DNA of 64,000 nt from Octopus sinensis (GCF_006345805.1 NC_042999.1:5084001-5148000); one strand, 5' to 3'. Positions 49,454 to 61,200 are shown, counted from the first letter of the stretch. Notes: generated from the letters alone by a model not told the origin. Program-made: numbers and translations.

Positions 49454-52400
49454 CTAATGGTAGGATGGAGGAGGTCCATATCGTTGCATAGCAATAAACC
49501 ATGGCGGGCGAACTTTCTCTGAATTCTGAAATAGGAAGAAAAAAAAAGATGATGAAATACAATCTTCAGAACATTCAGTAGGTGGGCATCTGCACCTGAA
49601 TATAATACCAAAGAGCAATGGCTCAGAACGATAAAAGAATGTGTGTGTGTGTGTGTGTGTGTGTTTCCCCTTGTGTTTGTCTTCTATAACAGCTTCACAA
49701 CCAGTGTTGGTTTGTTTACATCCTCAAGTTCAGCAAAAGGAAACTGACAGGAGAAGAACCAGGTTTAAGGAGAGCTTCCCAAACACATGGTTCTGGCTTC
49801 AGTCCCACTGCATGGCACCTTGGGCAAGTGTCTTCTACTAAAGCCTTGGGCCGACCAAAGCCTTGTGAGTGGATTTGGGAGACAGAAACTGAAAGAATGT
49901 GTTGTCTATATGTCCTTATATATATATAAGTACTGAAGGTCAGATGGTGGGGCATGCACAGTTGTTGATATATTCCTGGGTCCTCTCAGACGACCCATCA
50001 AGTAGAGTCCCGGTCAGTCCTCCTCTTTACTACCCACAAGGGGCTAAACGCAGAGGGGGACAAACAAGGACAGACAAATGTATTAAGTCGATTATATCGA
50101 CCCCAGTGCGTAACTGGTACTTATTTAATCGACCCCAAAAGGATGAAAGGCAAAGTCGACCTTGATGGAATTTGAACTCAGAACGTAGCGGCAGACGAAA
50201 TATGGCTATGCATTTCGCATGGCGTGCTAACGATTCTGCTAGTTCGCCGTCCCAATACCATCTGACAACTGGTGTTGATGTGTTTACATCCCCTTAACTT
50301 AGTGGTTTGGCAAAATGGCAAAAAAAGAAGACAATAGAATGAATACAAAGCTTAAAAAAGAAAGAAAAAGGTTCAACGTTTTGCACATTTCAATATAGTT
50401 TTCTAGTTATAAGGTGTGATGATGAGGTAGAGAGTATGATAAAGGTGGGAGAAAGGAGGAGAACAAGGAAGAAGATGGATAAGGAAAGAAATGACGTAGA
50501 ATAAAGCTTGAAGGAGCACTTAATCATTTGACCAACAAGCTGTAATTAATGAGCCAACTTAATCAGAATTGAACTGCAGCTGCACAAAAGCTAAAATAAT
50601 ACTCTTGATAATGGGATAAGTTGGATTGTTACAAACAGACTCTTGAAAAATAGAAATTGGTTAATAAATATATGTAGGAATACATAAATGAATACATTAT
50701 AATAACTTACTGGACCGACTGGCATGCCCAGGGCTGTTCTCAGTTCATCAGATAGATCACCAGGTTTTGTCTCTACATCAAGTATCTCAATTTTTTTACT
50801 CTGAAATATCAAGTCATAAGAAGACATATATAGATAGATATACACACACACAGTACAAAAATTATAGATGACATGAAGACAAGGTAAAACAAAAATAAAC
50901 ACAAAATGTCTATTAGTTTTACGCTCAGTAAAAATAAATGGAAAATCTTTTGTGTTTCAAGCTAATGCTTTTGTAACAGAAAGAATAGATGAGGAGAGAA
51001 CAAAAAAATGGAGAGAAAAAGAATGTATTTCAATGAGATGGTCACTTAGAGGAAAGTAGGAAAAGGTTACTTGAGGTGTGAGTAGCAAAGGTGACAACTG
51101 TGAGAGGTGAGTTGAAGTGTAGGTGGTTAAGGGAACATTTCTGAATCTGGCACATGTGTGTGTGTGTGATGCTTATATTTAAGTACACAACATAAAACTC
51201 CATATATTGCATTACACTCCAAAACGATGACTGAGAAGAAAATTTGAGTTATTTCACTGGAGACTCATCAGCAATAGAAGTCATAGAGTACAAGACAAGT
51301 GAATGTTTAAATTATAGATTTATAACATCATCATCATCGTTTAATGTCCGCTTTCCATGCTGTCATGGGTTGAACAATTTGACTGAGGACTGGCGAACCA
51401 GATGGCTGCACCAGGCTCCAGTCTTGATTTGGCAGAGTTTCTACAGCTGGATGCCCTTCCTATTCTTATAAATGTTTCAGTGACTGTTATAATAATGAAA
51501 TTATTGTATACAGTGCTCAGGTGCACCACAACTTGTCAAAAAGTGCGAATAAAGCATATGCAGTAATGTACAAATGTCTGGGAAGTGAACAATGTATGAG
51601 TCAGATACATGCTTGCGTGTGTATGGAGGGGAGAAAATCAGGTGTAGTGTTGTCGAATCTCAGGAAGCATGGAAGTTTTGAAGGATGCAGTGCTCTGACA
51701 ACTAACAACTGATGCCGGCAGTTTGTTCCATGCTTCAGCAACTCTCAGCGTGAAAAAATGTTTCCTGAAGTCATGGGAGCTGTGCTGTTTTCTGACTTTG
51801 TAAACATGTCCACGGGTGTTAGACAGGTGGAGTTTGAAAAGGTGCTCAGAGTTATTGTTTGTAAGATGGTTAATAATGTAATGATTACATAAGATTAACC
51901 GTATACAATTTTTTACCCAGACGTCTGCTTTCCATGCTAGCATGGGTTGGACGATTTGACTGAGGTCTGGCAAACCAGATGGCTGCACCAGGCTCCAATC
52001 TTGATCTGGCAGAGTTTCTACAGCTGGATGCCCTTCCTAATGCCAACAACTCGCACAAGGGCCAGTCAGGCGGTACTGGCAACAACCTCGCTCGAATGAT
52101 AATATTCAATTCAAAGATACTCGACTTCATTGTATTCCTTTCATGTTTGCTTTTAGGCAGAGAAAATGTAAAACATTTAAAAAAAAAAAAAAGACTTCAA
52201 CTTCTGATTTGATGAAAAATTAAAAAACGTAAAACAAAAAACATGAAACAAAATGTCAGGCTTTACCTTGAAAAGGTTCAATAATGGATCGGTTGGCCTT
52301 CGGTAGAAAGCATCAAAAATCTCGTCAGGTGTAAGAGGCACATACCCAGGTATCTTTGCTTTCAAGGTTTTCTGATATTCCTGGAAAATACAATCCATGA

Positions 52401-55400
52401 AAATGCTACATAAAACTGTAGAGAAGAATATAATCCCCCAATAAAGTGAACAGTAACAGTCTCGTTACGGGTATAATTCTTTTCTATCTATTAATTTCAT
52501 CTTTAATACTGGTTTTAAATTTTGACACAGGGCCAGCAGCTTCACAGGTGGGGCTAAGTTGAATATTTCAAATTCCATTGCCCAAATCCCTTGCAAAGCC
52601 TTGGTCAGCCTGGAGCTACAGTAGAAGGCACTTGCTCAAGGTGCCTTGCAATGGCACTGAACCCAAAACCACATTGCTGGGAAGTGAACATCTTAACCGT
52701 ACAACTATGCCTATATATCATCATATAAAGTCCATTTTCCATTTTGGCATTGGTTGGATGGCTGGACAGGAGCTGGCAAGGTCAGGGACCACACCCGGTT
52801 CCATAGTCTGTTTTCAGCCTAGTTTCTAATGCTCTTCCTTAATGCCAACCTCGTTAAAAAGTGTACTGGGTGTTTTTTACATGGCACCATCACCAGTGCT
52901 TTTCATGAGACACCATGGCCACAGCTTTTTATGTGGTACGATCACCATTGCTTTTTCATCATCATCATCGTCGTTTAACATCTGCTTTCCATGCTAGCAT
53001 GGGTTGGACGATTTGACTGAGGACTGGTGAACCAGATGGCTGCACCAGGCTCCAATCTGATCTGGCAGAGATTCTACAGCTGGATGCCCTTCCTAACGCC
53101 AACCACTCTGAGAATGTAGTGGGTGCTTTTACGAGCCACCAGCACGGGGGCCAGTCAGGCAGTACTGGCAACGACCTCACTCAAATGTTTTTTTATGTTC
53201 CACCTGCACAAGTGCCAGTAAGGTGACGATGGTAACGATCATGCTCAAATGGTGCGTTTTATGTGCCACCGGCACAGAAGCCAGTTAGCCACTCTGGCAA
53301 CGATCACACTTGGATGGTGCTCTTAGTGCCCCATTAGCACGGATGCCTGCTCTTAGCGCCCCACTAGCACTATATGTAAATAAATTGTAGGCCTACCTTT
53401 TTTAAATATAATTTAAAAAGAGAAGAAGGTCAAACAGAAACATTCCTGGAGACAAACCACAACAAACAAATAAAATTGGTTTGCTAAGGGTACCATACAA
53501 GCAAGATCTTTGCCAGAGCAACAAGCTGGCCTCCGTGCCGATGGCACATAAAAAACACCATTCAAGCATGATCGTTACCTGCGTCGCCTTACTAGCACTT
53601 GTGCCGGTGGGCTGGCTCCTGTGCAGGTGGCACATAAAAAGCACCATTTGAGCCTGGCTGTTGCCAGTACTGCCTGACTGGCCCTTGTGCCAGTAGCATG
53701 TAAACGCACCCACTACACTTTCAGAGTGGTTGGCATTAGGAAGGGCATCCAGCTGTAGAAACTCTGCCAGATCAGATTGGAGCCTGGTGCAGCCATCTGG
53801 CTCGCCAGACCTCAGTCAAAATCGTCCAATCCATGCTAGCATGGAAAGCAGACACTAAACGATGATGATGATGATTGTAAGTGAGAATCACAGAAAATTA
53901 TCTAAGCAAAATGAGAAGAAATTTACATGCCAGTGCCATGTAGAAGCACCCATGCCTAATGCCACATGCAGTGCACCTGTACTGATGCTACATAAAAACA
54001 CCCAGTACATTGGTGTTAGGAAGAGCATCCAGCTGTAGAAACCATGCCAAAACAAGATGACTGGTGCCTGGTGCAGCCCTCCAGCTATTATCAAACTGTC
54101 CAACCCATACCAGCAAGGAAAGCGGACATTAAATGATGTTTCCTGAAATTCGCCAAAACTACACCTGATATCCCCCCACCTCCATACGCATGCACACATG
54201 TATATCATGACTCATACACTGTTCACTTTCCTGACTTTTGTACATAATTCTATAAACTATAAATGCAACTCTGTTGTACCTCTATTCACCATTCTTCATC
54301 ATCATCATCATCATCATCGTTTAGCATCCACTTTCCATGCTGGCATGGGTTGGACGGTGCAACTGGGGTCTGGGAAGCCAGAAGGCTGCACCAGGCCCAG
54401 TCTGATCTGGAAATGTTTCTACGGCTGGATGCCATTCCTAACACCAACCACTTTGTAAGTGTAGTGGGTGCTTTTTACGTGCCACCGGCACAGGTGCCAG
54501 ACGAGGCTGGCAAATGGCCATGGTCGGATGGTGCTTTTTACGTGCCACCGGCACGGAGGCCAGGCCAGGCTGGCAAACAGCCACGATCGGATGGTGTTTG
54601 TTACGTGCCACCAGCACGGAAGCCAGTCAGGGCGGCACTGGCAACGGCCACGTTCGGATGGTTCTCTTATGTGCCACCAGCACTGGTATCACAGCTACAA
54701 TTTCCATTCATGTTGATCGATTTTGATTTTTGAATTTTTGATTTTAAAATACTATTATCAGATAACGAATATGCAATATGCTCACAAGAATAAAAATATA
54801 TAAATTAACATACATCATCATCCGATGCTGGATCCAGGTCCACGTCTGATCTTGAAGATGACATTTGTTGCTTCTTCTTGTTCCTGTCGGAAGAAAATTA
54901 TTTAAACAAATTATATCACACTTGTCTGTAAAATAAATCCTTATCAATATGATGTTAAGTTTCAGCAGAAAATATTTATCTTTGGTTAATCTTTGGTTAA
55001 TCTGCAGTTGTTTAATAATATATTAATGCATCAATATGCATGGATAGCTAATATATTGATCCTGTAGATTGCTATATATTATGTATCTCAGGCCACCTTC
55101 GGTCATGGCTGACCATGGGTATCACGTCTGTCCATTTATTGTCCAGGTCGGGCCGCTCGGCTTGAGCAGCGCCTCCTGTGGCTATGGAGACCAATGCGAG
55201 AATGACAGTCTCGGTCGCATCTGTGTGTGGATTCTGGTCTGTCGATCCGTTACTTTGGGCTCACTTTTCTGCAGCTAACAGCCTCTCTTCACCGATCCGT
55301 AGCTGTTTGAGAAGTGTGCTTTTCCACCTGGTGCAGCCCACTGCCAGGTCCTCCCAGGAGTTGATGTCGATGTTGAGCACCTTCATGTCACTGCTGCACA

Positions 55401-55606
55401 CGTCCTTGCACCTCAGCTGCAGGCAGCCCTTGTTCCTCTGTCCTGCTCCGAGTTCTCCATAGAGAATGTCTTTTGAGATTCGGCTGTCCTCCATACAGCA
55501 AACATGGCCTAGCCAGTGTAGTCGACATTGTCTCAGCAAGGTGTACATGGAAGAGAGGCCAGCATGAGTTAGGACATCAGTGTTGGTCACCTTGTCCTGT
55601 ACAATG

Positions 55607-55663
<57 letters not shown>

Positions 55664-56666
55664 GGTCGGCCTTAGGAGGTGCAGGACCCAATTGGTAACA
55701 ATTTTGGTGGGCCTCTGGTTCCCAGTCAACTTGCACCAAGGTCTATAGAATCATAAAAATATAAAAATCCAGCCATTGAAACTATGCTACCATCCAGTGC
55801 TACGTAAAAGCACTCAGTCCACACTGTAAAGTGGTGGTGTTAGGAAGGACATCCAGCCACAAAAAACATGCCAAACCAGACAGGTATCAGACGTTGCCCC
55901 TGGCTTATTGGCCCCTGTCAAACCTTCCAACCGATGTCAGCATGGAAAATGGACGTTAAATGATGATGTTTGTGACCTCCTTTAATTGCTGAGAATCTAA
56001 GTAATTAGCAAACCTTCCTCCCCTGACACACAGCAGTGATCAGACTTCCATTCAATGCAGAGTGAACTCTGTTGCTTTGGCTGTTTATATAACACTAGCA
56101 AGCTGTGTATCACTACAATACAAGTACAGTTAACACTCACACAGTGTCTTGCTTGGAAATCTCACACTAAACGCTTCGCCTAATCTTCTATGCTTGGAAA
56201 TAAACTACTCCATAACATCTTCTCTGGAGACACCCAATGGAGCTTTCCAGTTTGGGAGAGCCCACAGTGGCTATGGACAATGCTCACCTCCTCAAACTGA
56301 AATTAAAATGATTCCCTGAGATTTATTAACTCTTAACATCTTGTTGAAGATTTTAAAGTTAAAAAAACCTCAATCCTGTAATGATTTTGTTCCAGAACAG
56401 AGATGTGGGGATGTTAATGCGTTGTTGCATGAGAAGTTGACTGAACTGCACAAAATAGAAGTCTTTTACAATGAATCATTTTTTTATGACAATACAAATA
56501 CAAAATATAACATACATGAATTATTAAAAAGCACTGGTGCTGGTTCCACATAAAAAGTACAGAAAGAGGTAAATCAATTAAGGAACCCTAACTCATGCAC
56601 TGAACCAAAAACACACAGGAGGAAATAAAGCTTTTCAAGCTGTATTTACCTTGAACGAGATCTCAT
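49454..56666 (-). CDS. Putative SF3B2-derived mini-gene, 5 coding exons, 120 aa (alternative: unprocessed pseudogene)
   Basis: Exons 56666-56650, 54883-54814, 52380-52267, 50800-50711, 49525-49454; all splice sites intact, frame continuous: MRSRSRNKKKQQMSSSRSDVDLDPASDDD-EYQKTLKAKIPGYVPLTPDEIFDAFYRRPTDPLLNLFK-SKKIEILDVETKPGDLSDELRTALGMPVGP-NSEKVRPPWFIAMQRYGPPPSYH*; AATAAA at 49406-49401. Confidence 0.55.
51480..51880 (-). mobile_element. CR1/L2 LINE 3' fragment inserted in the duplicate only
   Basis: NHLTNNNSEHLFKLHLSNTRGHVYKVRK...WNKLPASV; absent at the parent site (~13.3 kb). Confidence 0.82.
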
Positions 56667-57486
56667 ATTTGTATTTCAAATGTGATCCTAGTTGACCAAA
56701 ATGGACAATTCTGAAAGGTCAAGAAAAAAAAATTTTAATCAATAACGCTTTAGTTTTAGAAAGATTTTAGTTTCATGTACCATACCTTTTCCTCTAATTC
56801 CTTTGTGCTCTGAATTCTATTCTAATCTAATCTAATCAGAATCAACTTAGCAGTTAATCTTTTCAGGTTCAATAAAATAAACACTTATATCGAAATGGGC
56901 AATCACATGGCTCCAGGTTCAATCCCACTGCGTGGCACCTTGAGCAAGTATCTTCTACTATAGCGTTGGGTTGACCAAAGTCTTGTGAGTGATTTTGGTA
57001 AACGAAAACAGAACCAAGCCCATCACACACAAGTGTGTCCCCTATTACCGCTCGACAACCGGCGTTGGTGCGTTTACGTCCCATAACTTAGCTGTTCGGC
57101 AAAAGTCACTAACAGAATAAGTACCAGGCTTAAGTACTGGGATCGATTCATTCGACTAAAAATTCTTCGAGGTAGTACCCCAGCATGGCCACGGCCTAAT
57201 GGCGGAAGCAAGTAAAAGATAGAAAGATGGAATGAGGAAAGCAAGGCAATTACCGCAAAACAATATTCTCCAGAATGCGAAGATGGCGAAAGAGAATGAG
57301 AAGAAAGGAGAAAATATTGTCAGAGGTGGAACTACATAACACCATTATTTCTGCTGGTTTTTAAGCATAATTAGATCTTGAAATCAGAAAGTTTGTTGTT
57401 TATGTAATGTTGCTTATAATTAGACAATTCTAAGTTATCTAAATAAACATCTATCTCCTTGCAAGACACGTTTTTAAGATGACATT

Positions 57487-58002
57487 TCTTTTGTTCATGC
57501 TTGTGTCTATGTTAGTCATAGCTTTCCCTTCCTCCCTCTCCGGTACCGGAGCATTGGTGGAGGGAAGAGGAGGGAAATCTTCAATGACGTCGAAAGTGAC
57601 GTCCTGGTTTTCTTTCTCCTTTCGAACAGTGCACGTGCTTTCAGCTTCGGAAGGAGGATCTTTGTTGCCTTTTATGGAGAGAAGTGGGCGGTTTGGAAAC
57701 GTTTTTGACAATGTGTGTGTTTGCGGAGGGTGTGGTGTTGGGAGAAAGGAACAGCTGACTGCTCGCTTCATAGCCATGTTTGTTGAAATGTATGTGTATA
57801 ATTTTCAAAATGTTCAAATTTCAAAACGTAATTTTACCCCCAATGGGGTAAAATTTTGCCGAGCCAACTAGCTCCGCTAGAAGTTAGTTGGCTTGGCCAC
57901 ACAAATATCAAAAAATGTAAAAACTTTTAGAGAAATTTCCAATCAAATTGGCACAAAACTTACTGAGCCACTTTACACACGTAAGTCGTCTTGGAAAGAA
58001 AG
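57487..58002 (-). mobile_element. 5' end (5'UTR + ORF1 N-terminus) of a second, diverged Tx1 copy, 3'-truncated against the SF3B2 duplicate
   Basis: MAMKRAVSCS...PPSEAESTCTVRKE...DVTFDVIEDFPPLPST aligns with MALKRAAGSS...PPSETESTRTVRRE...DVAFDVTLDFPPLPST. Confidence 0.88.
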
Positions 58003-58294
58003 AATAATAATAATACTAATTTATTCTTTTTATTGGCCACAAGGGCTGACACACATGATTGGTAAACATAAAGGGACAAAACAGGATGAAAGGTTACAAA
58101 GGGTTTTGTCCGTTTTTGAAAAATCCGTGTAAACAACAGTGTAACAATGAAAATATTTAACAACGAAAAACTCCCAAAAGGGGGAGGCGTTTCGAAAGGT
58201 TCCTGGTGGAAAAAAACCCATAAAAGCCAACGGGAGCCTAGTCAAAAAAGTGGGGTAGAGGGCCCCTTTTCTCCTTTTATATTACCTTTTTGAA

Positions 58295-61200
58295 TCACAG
58301 GCGAAACCTGAGAACTGGTCCACAATTCACCCACCTTTCATAAAACTTGCTATCGGACAGCACTCTCCTCTCTAACCTCATCTTCCTTTTCAAGTGAAAC
58401 TTGAAAAAGTTGATGAGGCCTTGACCAAAGCGGAAAGTGTCTGACTTTAGCCCTTTCAAACGGGTCCACCATACCACCTTTCGCCACAGCCACTAGGCAC
58501 AAGAAAACGGCCTCGCCCTCCTTCTTAAAGGAGGTCGGCGGGGCAATCTTCACTATGGATTCGGCCGATAGTCGGATCCGTCCTACACATGACAGTAGCT
58601 GTTCGACATAAACCCATAGTTCAGCAATACTCGGGCACTGGACGAGTGCATGCAGAACGGTTTCGTCGTCCTGGCAACACCTCGGGCAGGCCCGGCTGAC
58701 GGCACTTCCGTGCCGGTAGAGTTTATCCCGAACAGGCAGAGCCCCTCGGTAGCACTGCCAGGCGAGCGACCTCTGGAAATTATCCATCGGCCCTGGCCCG
58801 AAAGTCCTTCCAAACAGACCGCTCAGTTCGTTATCTTCAACGCCTAGAGTTTCCCCGAGAACGTCGTCGCATTTTTTCTCCACTAACCCTCTATAGAACG
58901 CTAGAGTGGAGCTGAAACCGATCGCATTGCCCGCTTGGCGGAGGGCGGAGAGAGCCTGACGGCACTCGAGGTCCCAAGTGCCCTTTCTCGGTCTACGCTT
59001 GATCCAGGTCTGCAGCTCTGTCAAAGAGACGAGCTGCGGAAAGTCGCGTCTGACAAAAGACGACCACACCTGTTCACCGTCAAGGAAACGCTTGAGATGT
59101 CGCAGCCTGAGCGCATCAGCAACCACGGCATTCCAAGGCCTCCGTTCAGCGGTCGTTGACAGCAGATGGATCGCCTGACCAGTGGCACCTGACCCTTCCA
59201 CAAAAAGTCGAAGAGCAGGCGTACCAGCTTGGCCAACCAGCGGTCGGGACAAGTAGATGATGGATGCGATGTACGCATTCGCCACCTCCGCTCGACCTTT
59301 CAGGGACAGCTTCCTCTCAGCCCATTTCTGGGTGAGATGTGCCACCCTGCTCATCACCTCTTCCCAGTTTTTATCCACCTGGAGGTCCGGACCGAACCAG
59401 ACCCTGAGCAGTTTAACGGGTCCGTCTGTCCAGCGCCCTACGACGCTGTTGGACGGCATGGGCTTGCCTCTCCAGGTGCCCAGTTGCAAGCCCACAGACT
59501 TTTCCGCGTTAATCTTTGCCCCTGTCACCGCTTCGTACTGGTTTAGCGTCTCGCCAATCAGGCCAATGTGCCTGTGGCTCGACACCACCACGGTGACGTC
59601 GTCGGCATAAGCAGACACGCTGTTTCCGCCTCCTAGATCGCGCGGGATACCCCTCAAAGCCTCCAACTTGCGCAGTAATGGCTCGAGAGTCAAAATGTAC
59701 AAAAGGGAGGAGAGAGGGCATCCTTGGCGGACCGAACGCGAGATGTCGAACGGTTCCGAAAGGTGACCGTTCACCCGTATCACCGAGCAGATGTTGCTGT
59801 ATAGAGCAGCTATCCACCCGCGGAAAACTGGACCGAAACCGGCTGCCTTGAGGACAGCCGCCAGGTACCGATGGTCGACCCTATCGAAGGCTTTACTCTG
59901 ATCCAAGTTGATCAAAGCCCCACCCGCGCCAGCGTCGTTACCCACCCTCTCTATGATGTAGTGCATGAGATGGAGGTTGTCGTGTATCGACCTGGTCGGC
60001 ACGGCGCATGTCTGCGTCTTGCCGACCAGCTTGTCCACGACAAGCGCCAATCTCTTGGCTAGCACCTTGGCCAAAATTTTCAACTCTGCATTGAGCAGAG
60101 TGATGGGCCGGAAATTCCCTATAACGTCCCCCTTGTTTGGGTCCTTCTTTAGCAAAGCCACCACCCCTCGACAGACAAAAGCAGGAATTCTCCCGTTTTG
60201 CTGCCAGTTGCAGTAGACGTTTGCCAACAGGTCCGCAAACAAGTCTGGCATTGAAAAGTAAAGCTCGTAGGGCAGACCATCCAAACCCGGCGATCTACCT
60301 CTCGTGCAACTCTTCATCGCTTCCTGTACTTCCCAGGCAGATATCGGTCCTTCGCAGCACTCTGCCTCACTGTCCGAGAGTTGCGGTAGGCCGTCCAGGT
60401 ACACACCGAAGTCTGCACCGTTGTCCGTTCAACCGCTCGTCCCAAACAGTTGAGCAAAGTGCCGCTGAAGCACCGTACACATCTGCTTCGGTTCGGTAAC
60501 CTCGCGCCCGTTCTGGTCCACCAAAGACCAAATGGTTGCTCTGTTGCCTCGCTTCGCCTCCGCCACGCGGGCCCATCGAGCGGCTCTAGTCCCCTCCCCG
60601 CTTAGCGAACGTGCCTTAGCTCTGACAACGCAACCTTCGTGTTTGGCGTCGAAGTGTTGGTCGAGGGCCAACCTTGCCGCCAACACGTCGGTCGCGATGC
60701 CAGTCTCAAGAGCCTCGTCTAGTTTCTTAACTAAATCCCGCTCTCTCTTCCTACGTTCAATAGCTAGAGTCTTACTATACCTAATCGACTCTACTCTAAT
60801 TGCTCTCTTGAGGGCAAACCACCAGTTGTTGTTGATGATTGTCCCCGTGAGCGCCCGCTTAACTAGTAAACTAATCCGGTCTCTGTAAGCTTTGCACGCC
60901 GTTAACGACGCGTTCAGCTTCCAGTAGCCGGGTCTCTGTCTATGTAGCCTATCTAAGTCGACCGTACAGATCACTAATTTGTGCTCCGTATATTCGACTA
61001 GGTGGAATTGTGGACACCCTACGCTGTCCTTATCCGCTGGCCTACAAAACACTCTATCTAAGTACGATCTAGACGAGCCGATGCGGTTTGTCCAAGTCCA
61101 CATTGGCACATTCGGGTTGTCTAGTCGAAACCTGTCAGACAGCTGAAAGCGGCCGAGTAGATTGGCGAGGCTCTTGCACCCTCCCCCTCTCCTATCAGAC

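Larger units (their letters stand above)
48152..57486 (-). other. Partial tandem segmental duplicate of SF3B2 (parent 9469-35322) with internal deletions and its own TE insertions
   Basis: Colinear intron+exon matches: 48152-49052~9469-9954; 49053-49458~10135-10559; 49459-50026~10692-11514; 50027-53400~11880-14745; 53403-54140~17860-18213; 54140-57486~32595-35322; intron identity roughly 90% by eye. Confidence 0.95.

Noticed and set aside
53397-53445. New 49-nt exon using the surviving exon-13 donor in the duplicate
   Set aside because: The candidate ccag acceptor gives stops in all three frames; excluded from the mini-gene model.
48152-57486. False duplication (haplotig) or processed pseudogene
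   Set aside because: Introns are present, divergence is around 10%, and each copy has private TE insertions and deletions, which is too different for an allele. Long-read confirmation is still advisable.
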